DNA from: an uncultured Bacteroidales bacterium
GTDB lineage: Bacteria > Bacteroidota > Bacteroidia > Bacteroidales > WCHB1-69
NCBI GenBank assembly: GCA_934699095.1
Contig: CAKUVI010000003.1
Span: 233,076 to 297,075 of the forward strand
Direction: 5' to 3'
DNA: 64,000 nt
Positions 9,857-21,161 of the stretch are shown here, piece after piece. A model generated the notes under the pieces. It was not told the DNA's origin and did not search any database. It saw only the letters and a program-made list of their open reading frames with translations. Numbering within the stretch: the first letter of the stretch is position 1; the number at the start of each line of letters is the position of its first letter. Both the position numbers and the translations under genes were made by a program.

Positions 9857-12472
9857 TTAATCTATGGATTGGTTTATTGAGATGTGGAACTGGCTTCCCC
9901 AGTTTTTGGACGACATTCCCGGCACAGGGTCGAAGCCGTAGCCCCAGTCGAAGCCGAGCAAACCGAACATAGGCAGGTAAACTCTTACGCCGACACCTGC
10001 AGACTTGTACATATCGAACGGGTTATAGTCACGGATATTCAGCCATCCCTTGCCGGCCTCAGCGAAGGCGAGCAGATATACGGTGGCTGACGGATTCAAA
10101 GTTATCGGGTATCTCAGTTCTGCGGTGAACTTGTGATAAAAGGCAGCACCTACGCTGTTTCCGTTCACGTTTGGAGAAAGCACAGCGTCCTCATATCCGC
10201 GCATACCTATGATCTCACGGCCATCGTAAGTGAATGTTGACATACCATCGCCGCCAAGATAGAACCTGCCGAACGGAGAAACGCCTACCTCCTTGTTATA
10301 ACTACCCATAAATCCGGATTTCAACCTGACATTGAGAACCAGATTGTCGTAAATTCTCGTAAACCATGACACATTGAATTTCCACTTATGGAATTCGAGC
10401 AACTTGTATTTCTCCTGGTCTGTGGCCTGCGAATAGTCTTTGTGATTGAACAAAGAATACGGCGGTGTAAGCTGCATCGTGAACGAAATCTCAGAACCCT
10501 CACGCGGATAAATCGGAGCATTCACAGAGTTTCTTGCAATCGTCAGTATATAGCTAATACTGTGGGCATAACCGGACTTCATGATGAAATACGGCCAATT
10601 ATGGACGTTGTAATACTCATACGACAAAGTGTGCGACATCTGGAAATAATCGTCAGGCCACTTGAGTTTGCTTGCCAAAGACAAAGAAGCACCCGCCAAC
10701 TGGCTGCACTGATAAGACTCATGCTTCTTGGCGTAACCGTTGGTCTGCTTTTGATAGTAAAGTCCGAATGTGAGTGCATTTGGTTTCTTTCCGCCTAACC
10801 AAGGCTCAGTGAATGAGAAGTTATAGTATTGGTACCACTTCGAGCTTACAGAAACGTTCAGTGATATACGCTGTCCATCACCACCCGGAATTGGCGTCCA
10901 GGCATCTTTCTTGAACAATTTCTTAGTTGAGAAATTGTTGAAGGTGATGCCGGCCGAGATGACAAAGCCCGTAGCACCATAGCCAGCCGACAAAGACAAT
11001 TGGTCGGAGGTGGTCTCTTCGACAACATAGTTGATGTCAACGGTGCCGTCGGTCTCGTTAGGCTTCGGCTGCACGTCCATCTTCTCCTGGTTGAAATAGC
11101 CCATCGACATGAGCACTTGCTGCGAACGTATGATATCAGCACGGTTGAACAGTTGTCCAGGAATGGTGGTGAGCTCCCTCAGAATCACATTGTCATTGGT
11201 CTTGGTGTTGCCAATAACCCTGATTGTGTTGTATTTTGCCTGCTTTCCTTCCCTGATTCTGACCTCTATGTCTATTGAGTCGTTTTCTATGCCAACTTCA
11301 ACTGGATTTGCGCTGAAGAAGAGGTAGCCGTTGTTCATGTACAACGAAGCAATGTCTTCACCATCCTCTTTCATAGTGAGATTTTTGGTCAGCAACGACT
11401 GATTATAGACATCACCTTTATTGATGCCCAACAGCTGTTGCAACAACTCGGTAGGATATTTTGTATTACCAACGAAAGAAATATTCCTGAAATAGTATCT
11501 GTCACCCTCATTCACATCAATATCGATGTACATATTGTTCTTTTTCAGGTAATAAGTGTCTTTCACTATTACCGCATCGCGATAGCCAAGCTCGTTATAC
11601 TTGTTGATGAGGTTCACCTTATCCTTCTCGTAGCTCTCTTTGATGAATTTTGAAGGTTTGAAGATTCTAAGCTTTACACGGTCGGCAAAATACTCGTCCA
11701 AGTGATCTTTTATGTCCTTCGACTGATAGTAGCCTTTGTGTTTCAGTGCGTATTTGATAGCTGTGTCAGCCTTATACATAGGCATGAAACGGAAACGTTC
11801 TTTGGTCTCTTTCATGGAGCGCAGCAAAACGGCGTCTGTAACCTCTGTATTTCCGTTGATATTGATTTTGTCGATCTTGACTTTTTTCGACTTTTTGATA
11901 TCGAAGAGAAGAGTGACGGCATTTTTGACCTTTTCGTCAGGCAGTTCCTGAATATCTATGTCACAGCTGTAGAAACCTTTGTCTATGAAGTATTTGCGAA
12001 TAATATTCTTGCAAGTTATCTTCATATTGTCGTTCACAATATTACCTTGTGAGATGCTGAGTTTCTCGCGGAGTTCGTTTTCCTCGCTCTTGGTGGTGCC
12101 TTTGAAGCCGAAAGCGCTGAGGCGTGCGCGGTCCTCAAGACGGACATCAAGGAAGATCAGATTGCCCTGAATTCTGGTGGCAGAAATCTCAACATCTTCA
12201 TAAAGACCTGTATTCCAAAGGTTTTTAACAGACTTGGAGATTGCCTCGCCAGGTACTTCAATAATATCGCCGACATGGAAAGAGAGCAAGCGCGACTCCA
12301 ACGGAGCGGTTCCGGAGGAGGTGATTCCGCCCACCTCGTACTTTTTTGGAGATGAGTAGTCAATCTTGACGATTGTGTCGGAAGCAGTACCGCCCACAAT
12401 GATTTGCGAGCGCACCTCAAGTGCCAATGAACACAGGATCATCAATATTGCTATATATCTAACTATTCTCAT
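9857..12472 (-). CDS. bamA: Outer membrane protein assembly factor BamA
   Basis: 871 aa. Signal peptide, repeated POTRA-like segments, C-terminal beta-barrel rich in aromatic/Gly residues. Shows the conserved uppS-bamA-ompH synteny. Confidence 0.93.
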   Translation of the reverse strand: MRIVRYIAILMILCSLALEVRSQIIVGGTASDTIVKIDYSSPKKYEVGGITSSGTAPLESRLLSFHVGDIIEVPGEAISKSVKNLWNTGLYEDVEISATRIQGNLIFLDVRLEDRARLSAFGFKGTTKSEENELREKLSISQGNIVNDNMKITCKNIIRKYFIDKGFYSCDIDIQELPDEKVKNAVTLLFDIKKSKKVKIDKININGNTEVTDAVLLRSMKETKERFRFMPMYKADTAIKYALKHKGYYQSKDIKDHLDEYFADRVKLRIFKPSKFIKESYEKDKVNLINKYNELGYRDAVIVKDTYYLKKNNMYIDIDVNEGDRYYFRNISFVGNTKYPTELLQQLLGINKGDVYNQSLLTKNLTMKEDGEDIASLYMNNGYLFFSANPVEVGIENDSIDIEVRIREGKQAKYNTIRVIGNTKTNDNVILRELTTIPGQLFNRADIIRSQQVLMSMGYFNQEKMDVQPKPNETDGTVDINYVVEETTSDQLSLSAGYGATGFVISAGITFNNFSTKKLFKKDAWTPIPGGDGQRISLNVSVSSKWYQYYNFSFTEPWLGGKKPNALTFGLYYQKQTNGYAKKHESYQCSQLAGASLSLASKLKWPDDYFQMSHTLSYEYYNVHNWPYFIMKSGYAHSISYILTIARNSVNAPIYPREGSEISFTMQLTPPYSLFNHKDYSQATDQEKYKLLEFHKWKFNVSWFTRIYDNLVLNVRLKSGFMGSYNKEVGVSPFGRFYLGGDGMSTFTYDGREIIGMRGYEDAVLSPNVNGNSVGAAFYHKFTAELRYPITLNPSATVYLLAFAEAGKGWLNIRDYNPFDMYKSAGVGVRVYLPMFGLLGFDWGYGFDPVPGMSSKNWGSQFHISINQSID

Positions 12473-12502
12473 TTTAAAAAGTCGGCAAAGATAGTGTTTT
12501 TT

Positions 12503-13225
12503 TTAATGTGTTCGGACCTGTTCGCCTGTTTTTCCGAACCGGCGTTCACGCTTTGTAAACTGTTCAATTATCTCATGAAGATGTTCTTTTCTGAAGTCTG
12601 GCCACATGACTGGAGAGAAATAGAGTTCGGCGTAAGCGATCTGCCACAGCAGGAAGTTGCTGATTCTCACATCCCCTCCTGTTCGGATCATGAGATCCAC
12701 GTCAGGAATTTGGGGATTGTAAAGGTGAGAAGAGACAGTGGATTCGCTGATATCATCGGAACTCATTTCTCCGCTCTTGACCTTTTCGGAAATTTTTTTG
12801 ACAGCGTCAACTATTTCTGAGCGTCCACTGTAACTGATAGCCAGGACAAGAGTGAGTCTTGAGTTTTCTGCCGTCTGTTCAACAGCTTTGTGAAGCGATT
12901 CCTGGCAATCTTTCGGGAGCATTTCAACTCTGCCAGAGGTCATCAGACGGATGTTGTTTTTCATCAGCATCGGCACTTCGTTAGCAATGGCAGAGGTGAG
13001 CAGTCGCATCAGAGTGTCAATCTCTTCTTTCGGACGGTTCCAATTTTCTGTGGAGAAAGTGTAGAGTGTGAGGTACGGAACGCGGGCTTCGCATGCGCCT
13101 TCGACAACGCTTCTTACCGCCTCCACGCCGTGTTTGTGACCATACGCACGCTCCTTGCCCTGCTGCTGGGCCCATCTTCCATTACCATCCATGATGATGG
13201 CTATGTGGTTCAGTGTTCTCTCCAT
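12503..13225 (-). CDS. uppS: Isoprenyl transferase (undecaprenyl-diphosphate synthase)
   Basis: Motifs HIAIIMDGNGRWA and IRTGGDVRISNFLLWQ. Confidence 0.93.
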   Translation of the reverse strand: MERTLNHIAIIMDGNGRWAQQQGKERAYGHKHGVEAVRSVVEGACEARVPYLTLYTFSTENWNRPKEEIDTLMRLLTSAIANEVPMLMKNNIRLMTSGRVEMLPKDCQESLHKAVEQTAENSRLTLVLAISYSGRSEIVDAVKKISEKVKSGEMSSDDISESTVSSHLYNPQIPDVDLMIRTGGDVRISNFLLWQIAYAELYFSPVMWPDFRKEHLHEIIEQFTKRERRFGKTGEQVRTH

Positions 13226-13234
13226 AAACGACGG

Positions 13235-14098
13235 CTATCTTCTTTTTCTGGGTTTCTTAATATCGCAAGTTGAATTCACGTTTCCGAATTTGACAGTAAA
13301 GGTGACGCCTGCGAAGGAATAAATGTCGTGTGTGGTGGGGTTTCCACGCTGCTCATCAGCCTGGTGCAACGGCAGGTTCATGCCATTGCCATCAACAAGC
13401 TCAGGTGTTCTGTCGGCCATGTCAGCGACTATATCACCACGCTGCTCGCGAAGAAGGTCGTTGTCGTAATATCTGCCGCCAACATCATCAAGATAATCGG
13501 TGAAGGTGTACCTGAATCCCCACTCAGCACCAATGCAGAAATACCTGCCAATGTTAAAACGAAGCCCGATACCAAAAGGTATTGCGAAGTGCGTGAGTGA
13601 ATACTTTTTCGGCATACCTTCCAAACCCTGGCCTTCAGTTCCCAAACTTTGCAGTTCATATACTGTACCGTCAGTATAGGCTGCCTTGGGATCAAAGGAG
13701 AAGATGGTGGCACCAGCATAGATATATGGTGCAAAGTGGTTCTTGCCCGTGGAATTGTAGAGTTTGAGGAAATTAAGCTCGGCGGTTATGGAAAATTCGG
13801 TGATAGGAGCCCAAAAGCTGAGATTTCTTTCGTAGCCGCCGTTCGTGACTTGGTCGCTGCCCGCAACCTTTCCGAAAAGGAAATCTCCCTTCAGTGCCCA
13901 TCGCGGTGACAGGTTATAGCGATAAACTATGCCGCCGGCTAACTGCGGCTGCGCAAACAACCGGGAAGGATTAAGCTCTCCGAGATAGAAAGTGGTTCCC
14001 ACACACGCCCCTATCTCTGAATTCTGGGCAACAATCCTGTCAGGCAACAGCATTGTCAAAACCAATGCCACGGCTATAAATAGATGATTCTTTTTCAT
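13235..14098 (-). CDS. Outer-membrane beta-barrel protein (DUF6089-like)
   Basis: 287 aa. Signal peptide and alternating aromatic/Gly beta-strand pattern. The position next to uppS matches what I recall as Bacteroidota synteny. The family name is from memory and was not searched. Confidence 0.6.
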   Translation of the reverse strand: MKKNHLFIAVALVLTMLLPDRIVAQNSEIGACVGTTFYLGELNPSRLFAQPQLAGGIVYRYNLSPRWALKGDFLFGKVAGSDQVTNGGYERNLSFWAPITEFSITAELNFLKLYNSTGKNHFAPYIYAGATIFSFDPKAAYTDGTVYELQSLGTEGQGLEGMPKKYSLTHFAIPFGIGLRFNIGRYFCIGAEWGFRYTFTDYLDDVGGRYYDNDLLREQRGDIVADMADRTPELVDGNGMNLPLHQADEQRGNPTTHDIYSFAGVTFTVKFGNVNSTCDIKKPRKRR

Positions 14099-14163
14099 TC
14101 GTTTCTGCTTTTACAAACCGCAAAAATACAAAATTCTACTCAAACAAGTTGTATTTAATTTCT

Positions 14164-14643
14164 TTATTTCACAATCGTGACAACGGCAATGGCGGCTATG
14201 CCTTCGCCACTGCCCGTGAAACCCATCTTTTCGTTAGTCTTGGCTTTCACTGAGACCCTGTCGGCAGTGACGCCCAGAAGAGTGGCCAAACTACCGGTTA
14301 TCTGCTCGTTGAAAGCTTTTAGTTTTGGCAACTCCAGAACCAATGTGCAGTCAAGATTGTTCACATTCCATCCCTTTTCGTGGATTTCATTCACTACCAT
14401 TGACAGCATGACTGCACTATCGGCATTTTTCCACTTGTTGTCGGTGTCGGGAAACAATGTGCCAATATCCTTCATACCGGCCGCACCCAACACGGCGTCA
14501 CAGACGGCATGTATAAGCACGTCACCATCAGAATGAGCATCCAAACCGAGATGATAAGGTACAGTAATGCCCCCGAGAACCAAAGGTCGGCCGGGGGCAA
14601 ATCTGTGTGAATCGTATCCTATTCCTACTCGCAAATCATTCAT
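14164..14643 (-). CDS. ispF: 2-C-methyl-D-erythritol 2,4-cyclodiphosphate synthase
   Basis: Motifs IGYDSHRF and HSDGDVLIHA; 159 aa. Confidence 0.95.
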   Translation of the reverse strand: MNDLRVGIGYDSHRFAPGRPLVLGGITVPYHLGLDAHSDGDVLIHAVCDAVLGAAGMKDIGTLFPDTDNKWKNADSAVMLSMVVNEIHEKGWNVNNLDCTLVLELPKLKAFNEQITGSLATLLGVTADRVSVKAKTNEKMGFTGSGEGIAAIAVVTIVK

Positions 14644-14644
14644 A

Positions 14645-15892
14645 CTATCTGTATCTTCCCTGCTGCTTTATCTCATTTTTATTCGTGGAGACAAAATCAA
14701 GATTCAACGTGAAGCGCAATGTGTTTGCAAGCGGATGCTGTTGCTTTGTTGCTATAAGATAGGAAATATCAATGCCGAATACTGTGTACTTTATTCCGGC
14801 ACCGACTGATATAAACTGGCGATTTCCTTTGTATTGGCTTTCATGAAAATATCCCATTCTTACAAAGAAAAGATCGCGGTAGCTGTATTCAGCACCAAGA
14901 GCCCAAATAATCTCACGCATCTCCTCCTTAAAGCCACCAGGAGCGTCGTAAAATGACTGAATCATACCTTGTGGAACTGAAACGTCAGGATTTTTACCGT
15001 ATTCTATGATAGGATTTCCAGCCTCATCGTAAACTATTCCACCATTGATTGAATCAATGAGGTATTTGGGATTTGTAGGAACCAACAATTTATTGATTTC
15101 ACCATTGAGTGTCAATTTGTTATAACCGTCGAAATCCATCTCGTAACCGATACCGAGCTTCAAATTCGTCGGAAGGAAGTCGCGGCGCAATGTCCCTGAT
15201 GAATATGACATCTTGTTACCCATGTTTGAGATTGTCAAACCGGCACGCAAAGTCGAGTTGTTGAAGGCTTTTACATCGAAATCCTGCTCGTAAAACAATG
15301 AGAGGTCGGCAGCACCTGCCAAGCCGGCTTTCGTCTCCTCACCGCCGACTATCTGCCCCGCTGTAAGGTTTGAGTAGATGAAACGCGGAGTGATTGCGAT
15401 TGACAACTGGTCGATCAACTTACGTGAATATGTGAAGTCTATCGCAAATTCATTAGGATTCTGACTGCTGATGAAAGCGCCTCCCTCGTCCATGAAATCA
15501 ATGTTACCCAAAGAGAAGTAACGCAATGAAGCCGCAATTGCATCCATGTCTGTTATCTTCCAATAACCTGTGAGATATGCAAGGTTGATATCATTGATCA
15601 AATGCTTGATCCATGGGCTGTATGACATGCTGAAACCGAACTTGTTGTCGTTGAAGACATACTTTGCGGGATTGTAACTCTGTGAGTTACCGTCAGCTGA
15701 CGTGGCACATCCAATGTCACCCATGGCACCGGCACGTGAATCAGGAGCGATTGTGACGAACGGAACCGCCGTGGTGATACAGTTCAAATCCTGACCCAAA
15801 TATGTGTGTCCATTACCCGACTGAGCGTTGACTTGAGTTGTTAATAAGAGTGTTAAGACAATTAACGGAAAAGCAATTTTGATCTTTCTCAT
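14645..15892 (-). CDS. porV: T9SS outer membrane channel/shuttle protein PorV (LptO)
   Basis: 415 aa. N-terminal signature ITTAVPFVTIAPDSRAGAMGDIGCATS...NSQSYNPAK and a beta-barrel body; adjacent to porU. Confidence 0.88.
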   Translation of the reverse strand: MRKIKIAFPLIVLTLLLTTQVNAQSGNGHTYLGQDLNCITTAVPFVTIAPDSRAGAMGDIGCATSADGNSQSYNPAKYVFNDNKFGFSMSYSPWIKHLINDINLAYLTGYWKITDMDAIAASLRYFSLGNIDFMDEGGAFISSQNPNEFAIDFTYSRKLIDQLSIAITPRFIYSNLTAGQIVGGEETKAGLAGAADLSLFYEQDFDVKAFNNSTLRAGLTISNMGNKMSYSSGTLRRDFLPTNLKLGIGYEMDFDGYNKLTLNGEINKLLVPTNPKYLIDSINGGIVYDEAGNPIIEYGKNPDVSVPQGMIQSFYDAPGGFKEEMREIIWALGAEYSYRDLFFVRMGYFHESQYKGNRQFISVGAGIKYTVFGIDISYLIATKQQHPLANTLRFTLNLDFVSTNKNEIKQQGRYR

Positions 15893-16070
15893 GTTTTGTT
15901 TTTACTGTTTATTATTTTTTATTATTTCCTTTTAAAATTAAAAATCTAAGCGTTAACGTACTTTTTTGAACTTTATTATATTTTCCGAGAAAAAAATCGT
16001 CAAACATTTCAATGTTGTCCTTAAATTATTTATTATCAGTGTTTTACATAATAGAACAACAAATAATAGA

Positions 16071-19000
16071 CTACAGAATAACAAGTTTTTCTATAACCTG
16101 AGCAAATTTATTTTCAGAGTTTTTGACTGTAATCCGATACAAATAGGTGCCTTTGGCAACCTTGTCGCCGAAATCGTCAAGACCGTCCCATGAAATCGGT
16201 TTTGACCTGCTGCCTTCTATATATTGATTGTCGAAGATTGTCTTGACCAATTTTCCCGAAATGGTGTAAATCTGAATTTTAATGTCGAAATTATCGGCAG
16301 ACTGGTTATGCTCGAAATAGAAATCGGTGTGTGTGGTGAAAGGATTGGGATAATTGAGCACATGGCTAAGTTCCAGCCTGTTGTCGTTTGACACCCGGAA
16401 TGAGAGGGTTTGTTCTGCGCTGTTATTGTTGATGTCCCAAGCCCTCAAAGTAAGAGTATGGTCTCCTGGTTGCAGATCTTGGAGATTGTACCTGACAATA
16501 CCGCAGTTGAAGCTGTCTTTCTCGGTTTTATAGTAGTCGTTGAGTATTATCTTGTTGTTTGTTGCATTGTCGAGCACTGCTATCAAGTCGTGCCCGATGC
16601 CATTGCCGGTGGTGTTTATCCCGAAATTATCTGAAATTCTGGCTATCAGCACAGGGTCCGGGTTTGTAATTCCTCCATCAACAAAGTCGAAATCATTGAG
16701 ATAGAGCTCTATTTTGGGTTTCTCGTCATCTTTCATGCCAGCAGTGTCGGTGCCGCCTATCAGAAAGTCGGTAAAGGCGCCCGCAGCGTCTTCAGAGTTG
16801 TTGTGGGCGTAATAGCTGATCTTACCATTGCCAAAAGTGTAGTCTATGTCTTTCGGTACATAGAAACTGAAGTTGAAATATCCGTTCTTCACAGAAGAAT
16901 TGCCTCTGAAGAGCACACTTTTCTGGGTTTTAAACTCAAATTGCTCGCTCTCAGGGTCGTTTGCCAAAGTCTTTGTCAGCAACTCTTTGTCATAAATCGA
17001 TGGAAAAATACTTCCGTTGAAGTCGGTAAGGATATTGTTGTTTGCATCCTCGATATGACCGGCAACGGTAACTTTGGAGAGTGCTCGGATAGTGTCTGTT
17101 TTGTCGTTTGGTGAAAAATGATTGATGGAGTCAGTCACAACCTTATATTGGGGAATCGGCAGCCGCATTGAAGGGTCGCCCAAAACCACAAACATGGCCA
17201 AATTGATTTTGCTGCCGCCATACTTGTTTTTTGCTTTTCTGTTGAGATTTCCAACAGAGACATTCTGTTCGTCGTCTTTATCGAAGATGAGGGAGAAGAT
17301 ATTGATGCCGAAATTGTTGTTTGGCGACGACCAGGCTTCTCTGCTGGCAGCTATCACGGCAGCCGCGCCGCCTTTGTTGTTGAAGTAAATCATGTCAGAT
17401 GGCGAAAGTACGTCACGGTCGTAGTAGGCAAAGGTGCACGAGAGAGACAACAAAACCGGCATGTTGAACTTGTTGGTCCATTTCTGGATGTCAGTTGCTT
17501 CCAAGACGCGCTCTGCAGCCCAGCCGTCTTTGCCGCTGTGCCCGATATAGGTGTACACAAGGGCGCCGCGGTTCATCCTGTTGTTGATGTCGGCCACTGC
17601 ACTCGGATAGCGCTGCCCGCCGGCATTGGAAACCTGCTGATATGCATCCAAATACATCTTGTCAAAGTTTATGTTTACATTTTGGCGCGCCACTATCTTG
17701 GAGAAGGTGTCGGCATGAAAGATGAAATCGTTGGCATTTTCATCATCGGCCACAAAAGCCATGACATTTCGCCAATCGCCCAAATTTGAAATCTGCGACG
17801 AATTCTCGGCAACCAGATTCCTGCGTTCCGTGTATCTTATGCTTTTGTCAACAGCCGTCGCTGCCTGAGACTGGTTTGCACAGGGGATTCTTCCTATTCC
17901 TATGTCGATGAGTCCAGAAGCGTTGAACCCCTCCTCATCATCCAACAATCCGAAATTGTCATCATTTGAATAAAGATAGTATTCTGAAATGACACCATTT
18001 GAAGCATAATACTGATAATTAGGCACATAAATAGATGTTCCTTGAACAATTCCTCTATAATCATAATTCGGACGTCCAAAAAGGAGCAGGTATTTCGGAT
18101 AGTTCTTGCCTGTTTTATCGTAAATCATCTTCACATAATCACGAATGGCTATAGGATCTTGTGAACCACTTGAAAACTCATTGTAAATCTGCTGCGGGGT
18201 CACCACCTTCACGCTCAAGTTGTCATTTTCCATCCTGAATTGTGCCAATCTGTTGGCTTGCGACATGAAATCCGGATGGGCAACAATCACCATGTCAACA
18301 CCTTCGGTGGCGTGGAGATTCTGGTTTGCTACCGCATTCAAAGGCGTCACAGATTTGTATTTTGAGCCGTCGAAGACCACAAATTCGCGCAGATCAGTCG
18401 TCTGGGCGTTGAAATAATTGTTCTGACCGTCATTCTGAAGAGATATCCTCACAATCTCTGACGGATTTGTAACATCCCACACCACAGCAGATTGTGAAAC
18501 GCCCGACAAAACGAACTTGGTTATGTTTCCATCCCCTACAGACGAGACGTTGCGGAATTGGGTCTGACCATCAAGAATGGCAATCCTGCACGGAAACTCA
18601 ATTTCTATCCAATCTAAATAGGAAGTTGCCGAAGCTGTGGGTTTTGAGTATGACAAATTGACTCTCAGATTGTTGGAAGAGATGGAGAGGGGCAAGGTGC
18701 CGGAAGTGATTCTGGCTATGGTGGTGCTTGTGGGGGCTGTAAGGGCTACGTTTCCTATCTGAACCTGGTTAGCGCTCACCGTAAGATGCGACATCACGGT
18801 GGCTGTTGATGCTGCACGCACGGTTATCCTTCCCCCGCCTACTGGCACTGATGGCAGCTTGAAGTTGTAATCCCTGCTCAATGTCACGTCAAAACGGTCG
18901 CCGAACCAATCCTTGCCTGACTCACACATATTAAGGAGATCGGTTTCATAAAAGTCAAAAAAATTGAAATCCTCAACAGTCCTATTAGCCTGCAGATTGC

Positions 19001-19907
19001 TATTGTCAACTGTCTGTACACGTTTTTTTTCTCCCTTACCGACTGTTTGTGTGACAAAATAGGCTGAAGCAGTGGAATACACATTAAAGGTATGTGAGAA
19101 TCTTTGGGTTTCCTGATTATATGAAACAGTATGAGGAGACAATCCATAGAAGAGGAAATAGTCGCCTTCGTCAAATTTTCCATCATCGCCGTCATGAAGC
19201 ATAATTGGGATTTCCTGTAGGTCGTCGATGCGTTGCGCCGAGTTTGCCTCCGGAAGCATCCTGCCGCCATTACCGAAAACTGCTATCTGCTGGGAATTGA
19301 TAGGGTCGGACATACCCATTGCCAACAGGTCGCTGTGGGTAACCTTGTAAATGCCCGTTTCGGAAACAGAAAAATTATACCACTGACCGGTTGCAAGCAC
19401 CGATTGAGACGCATAGCCGCGCTTTGTGCGGACAAAATCAAATTCCGAGCCGACAATCTCTAACGATATGGATTTCAACAACTTATATTTTCCTTGAGCC
19501 GTTCTGACTATTGGTATGAACGATATCTGCACATATCTTTTTTCACGGTCACAGACTGGCAAAACCTCAATATTCAGGGTATCGGAAAGAAAATAATCAG
19601 GAATTAACGACGACTTGTCGGAAGGGAGGTCTGTATATTCTTGGGACAACACCCTGTAAGAAAAATTTGTGAATTTTTTTTCAACAGACAATTTTTCATA
19701 AAAAGAGGGTAAAGTAGGATTTTCTTGGGTAAAAATCGCGTTTTCAAAAAAGAGACAAGAGGCCGACTGACCGTCTGGAAAAGTGTAAGATATAGGGTCA
19801 AGCCAATTGAAAGAGTATGATTTCGTAATTGTTTGAGCTTGATTATCAACAAGATACAAAAAAAATACGAAGAATAAGAAAAATTTTACCCAAGAATTAG
19901 AATTCAT
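16071..19907 (-). CDS. porU: T9SS C-terminal signal peptidase/sortase PorU (C25 gingipain-like)
   Basis: 1278 aa. Signal peptide, large C25-like central region, CTD-like tail (NYPNPFTTHTDFYF...GTYLYRITVKN...KLVIL). Located upstream of porV. Confidence 0.88.
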   Translation of the reverse strand: MNSNSWVKFFLFFVFFLYLVDNQAQTITKSYSFNWLDPISYTFPDGQSASCLFFENAIFTQENPTLPSFYEKLSVEKKFTNFSYRVLSQEYTDLPSDKSSLIPDYFLSDTLNIEVLPVCDREKRYVQISFIPIVRTAQGKYKLLKSISLEIVGSEFDFVRTKRGYASQSVLATGQWYNFSVSETGIYKVTHSDLLAMGMSDPINSQQIAVFGNGGRMLPEANSAQRIDDLQEIPIMLHDGDDGKFDEGDYFLFYGLSPHTVSYNQETQRFSHTFNVYSTASAYFVTQTVGKGEKKRVQTVDNSNLQANRTVEDFNFFDFYETDLLNMCESGKDWFGDRFDVTLSRDYNFKLPSVPVGGGRITVRAASTATVMSHLTVSANQVQIGNVALTAPTSTTIARITSGTLPLSISSNNLRVNLSYSKPTASATSYLDWIEIEFPCRIAILDGQTQFRNVSSVGDGNITKFVLSGVSQSAVVWDVTNPSEIVRISLQNDGQNNYFNAQTTDLREFVVFDGSKYKSVTPLNAVANQNLHATEGVDMVIVAHPDFMSQANRLAQFRMENDNLSVKVVTPQQIYNEFSSGSQDPIAIRDYVKMIYDKTGKNYPKYLLLFGRPNYDYRGIVQGTSIYVPNYQYYASNGVISEYYLYSNDDNFGLLDDEEGFNASGLIDIGIGRIPCANQSQAATAVDKSIRYTERRNLVAENSSQISNLGDWRNVMAFVADDENANDFIFHADTFSKIVARQNVNINFDKMYLDAYQQVSNAGGQRYPSAVADINNRMNRGALVYTYIGHSGKDGWAAERVLEATDIQKWTNKFNMPVLLSLSCTFAYYDRDVLSPSDMIYFNNKGGAAAVIAASREAWSSPNNNFGINIFSLIFDKDDEQNVSVGNLNRKAKNKYGGSKINLAMFVVLGDPSMRLPIPQYKVVTDSINHFSPNDKTDTIRALSKVTVAGHIEDANNNILTDFNGSIFPSIYDKELLTKTLANDPESEQFEFKTQKSVLFRGNSSVKNGYFNFSFYVPKDIDYTFGNGKISYYAHNNSEDAAGAFTDFLIGGTDTAGMKDDEKPKIELYLNDFDFVDGGITNPDPVLIARISDNFGINTTGNGIGHDLIAVLDNATNNKIILNDYYKTEKDSFNCGIVRYNLQDLQPGDHTLTLRAWDINNNSAEQTLSFRVSNDNRLELSHVLNYPNPFTTHTDFYFEHNQSADNFDIKIQIYTISGKLVKTIFDNQYIEGSRSKPISWDGLDDFGDKVAKGTYLYRITVKNSENKFAQVIEKLVIL

Positions 19908-20055
19908 TTATCGTTATTTTAATTAGACGAAGATGCAATTTTCTAAACGAAACGACGTTAAAAATATTGCGGTGCAAATGTAACAAAACTAAAGTTACTT
20001 GCGTTTAAAAGAACTGATATTTTTGTATCTTTGCCCGCTTATATAAAAAAGTAGT

Positions 20056-21135
20056 ATGAAAAGACTAAAGATTGCCATATTGACTATTGTGATCGCGGTC
20101 ATGGGAGTGACTGCAAATGCACAGGATGCGATGTTTTCACAGTATTTCGCCAATCCGTTGTATTTGAATCCGGCATTCGCAGGCACCAATGTATGTCCGC
20201 GACTCGCGTTCCACTTCCGCGACCAGTGGCCGGCGGCACCAGGCACATTCATGACATACACAGCCTCTTACGACGAGCACTTTGACAAGATTTCGGGCGG
20301 TGTCGGCATATTGTTGTTCGGCGATCGTGCAGGTCAGGGCGGCATCATAAACACCTACACAGCAAGCGCAATGTACTCCTTCAAGCTGAAGGTTGCGAGG
20401 AATTTCAACATGCGTTTCGCATTGCAGGCCACCTATGAGAACCGCGGGTTAAACTGGGAGCAACTCACCTTCGGTGACATGATTGACCCAAAATATGGCT
20501 TTGTATATCAAACATCAGAAGTACAACCCGACAAACTCACAATCCACTCTTTTGACATTGCGGCCGGCTTCTTAGGCTACACCCCGCATCTGTATTTCGG
20601 CATGGCTGTGCACCACATGGTTCCGGTTATCGGTGCAAGAGGCTTCATCTCCGACGGTCTTGGCGCCTACGATTACAGACCTGTCAAATGGACAGCCCAT
20701 GTGGGCGGCTACTTCGACCTTAAAAGAAAGAGCAGAAAAGAGACTTCATTCGGTGATATCTCAATCAGCCCTAACTTCATATACCAACACCAACAGCACT
20801 TCAACTATTTCAGTGAAGGCTTCTATCTCAACTTCTACCCATTCACAGTCGGCACTTGGTTGCGCCACGGCCTGACTTACAAAGGCAGCGTTTATGAGGG
20901 AATGGACGAAGACGGCAATCCTATCCTGACGCCGCAATCATTCCACAACATGGACGCCTTGATTGTCATGTTCGGCATTGAACACGAATGGTTTAAAGTG
21001 GCATATTCATACGATATAACAATCAGCAGACTGAAGAATGCCACAGGCGGCAGCCACGAAGTTTCCGTACAGGTCCTTCTCCCTTGCCCCAACAAACGCA
21101 AAGCTCTCAAAGATCTTAAATGCCCGTCATTTTAA
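20056..21135 (+). CDS. PorP/SprF family T9SS membrane protein
   Basis: 359 aa. Family signature MFSQYFANPLYLNPAFAG directly after the signal peptide. Confidence 0.85.
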   Translation: MKRLKIAILTIVIAVMGVTANAQDAMFSQYFANPLYLNPAFAGTNVCPRLAFHFRDQWPAAPGTFMTYTASYDEHFDKISGGVGILLFGDRAGQGGIINTYTASAMYSFKLKVARNFNMRFALQATYENRGLNWEQLTFGDMIDPKYGFVYQTSEVQPDKLTIHSFDIAAGFLGYTPHLYFGMAVHHMVPVIGARGFISDGLGAYDYRPVKWTAHVGGYFDLKRKSRKETSFGDISISPNFIYQHQQHFNYFSEGFYLNFYPFTVGTWLRHGLTYKGSVYEGMDEDGNPILTPQSFHNMDALIVMFGIEHEWFKVAYSYDITISRLKNATGGSHEVSVQVLLPCPNKRKALKDLKCPSF

Positions 21136-21161
21136 TAATTTATTAGAAAAACACTTTAACA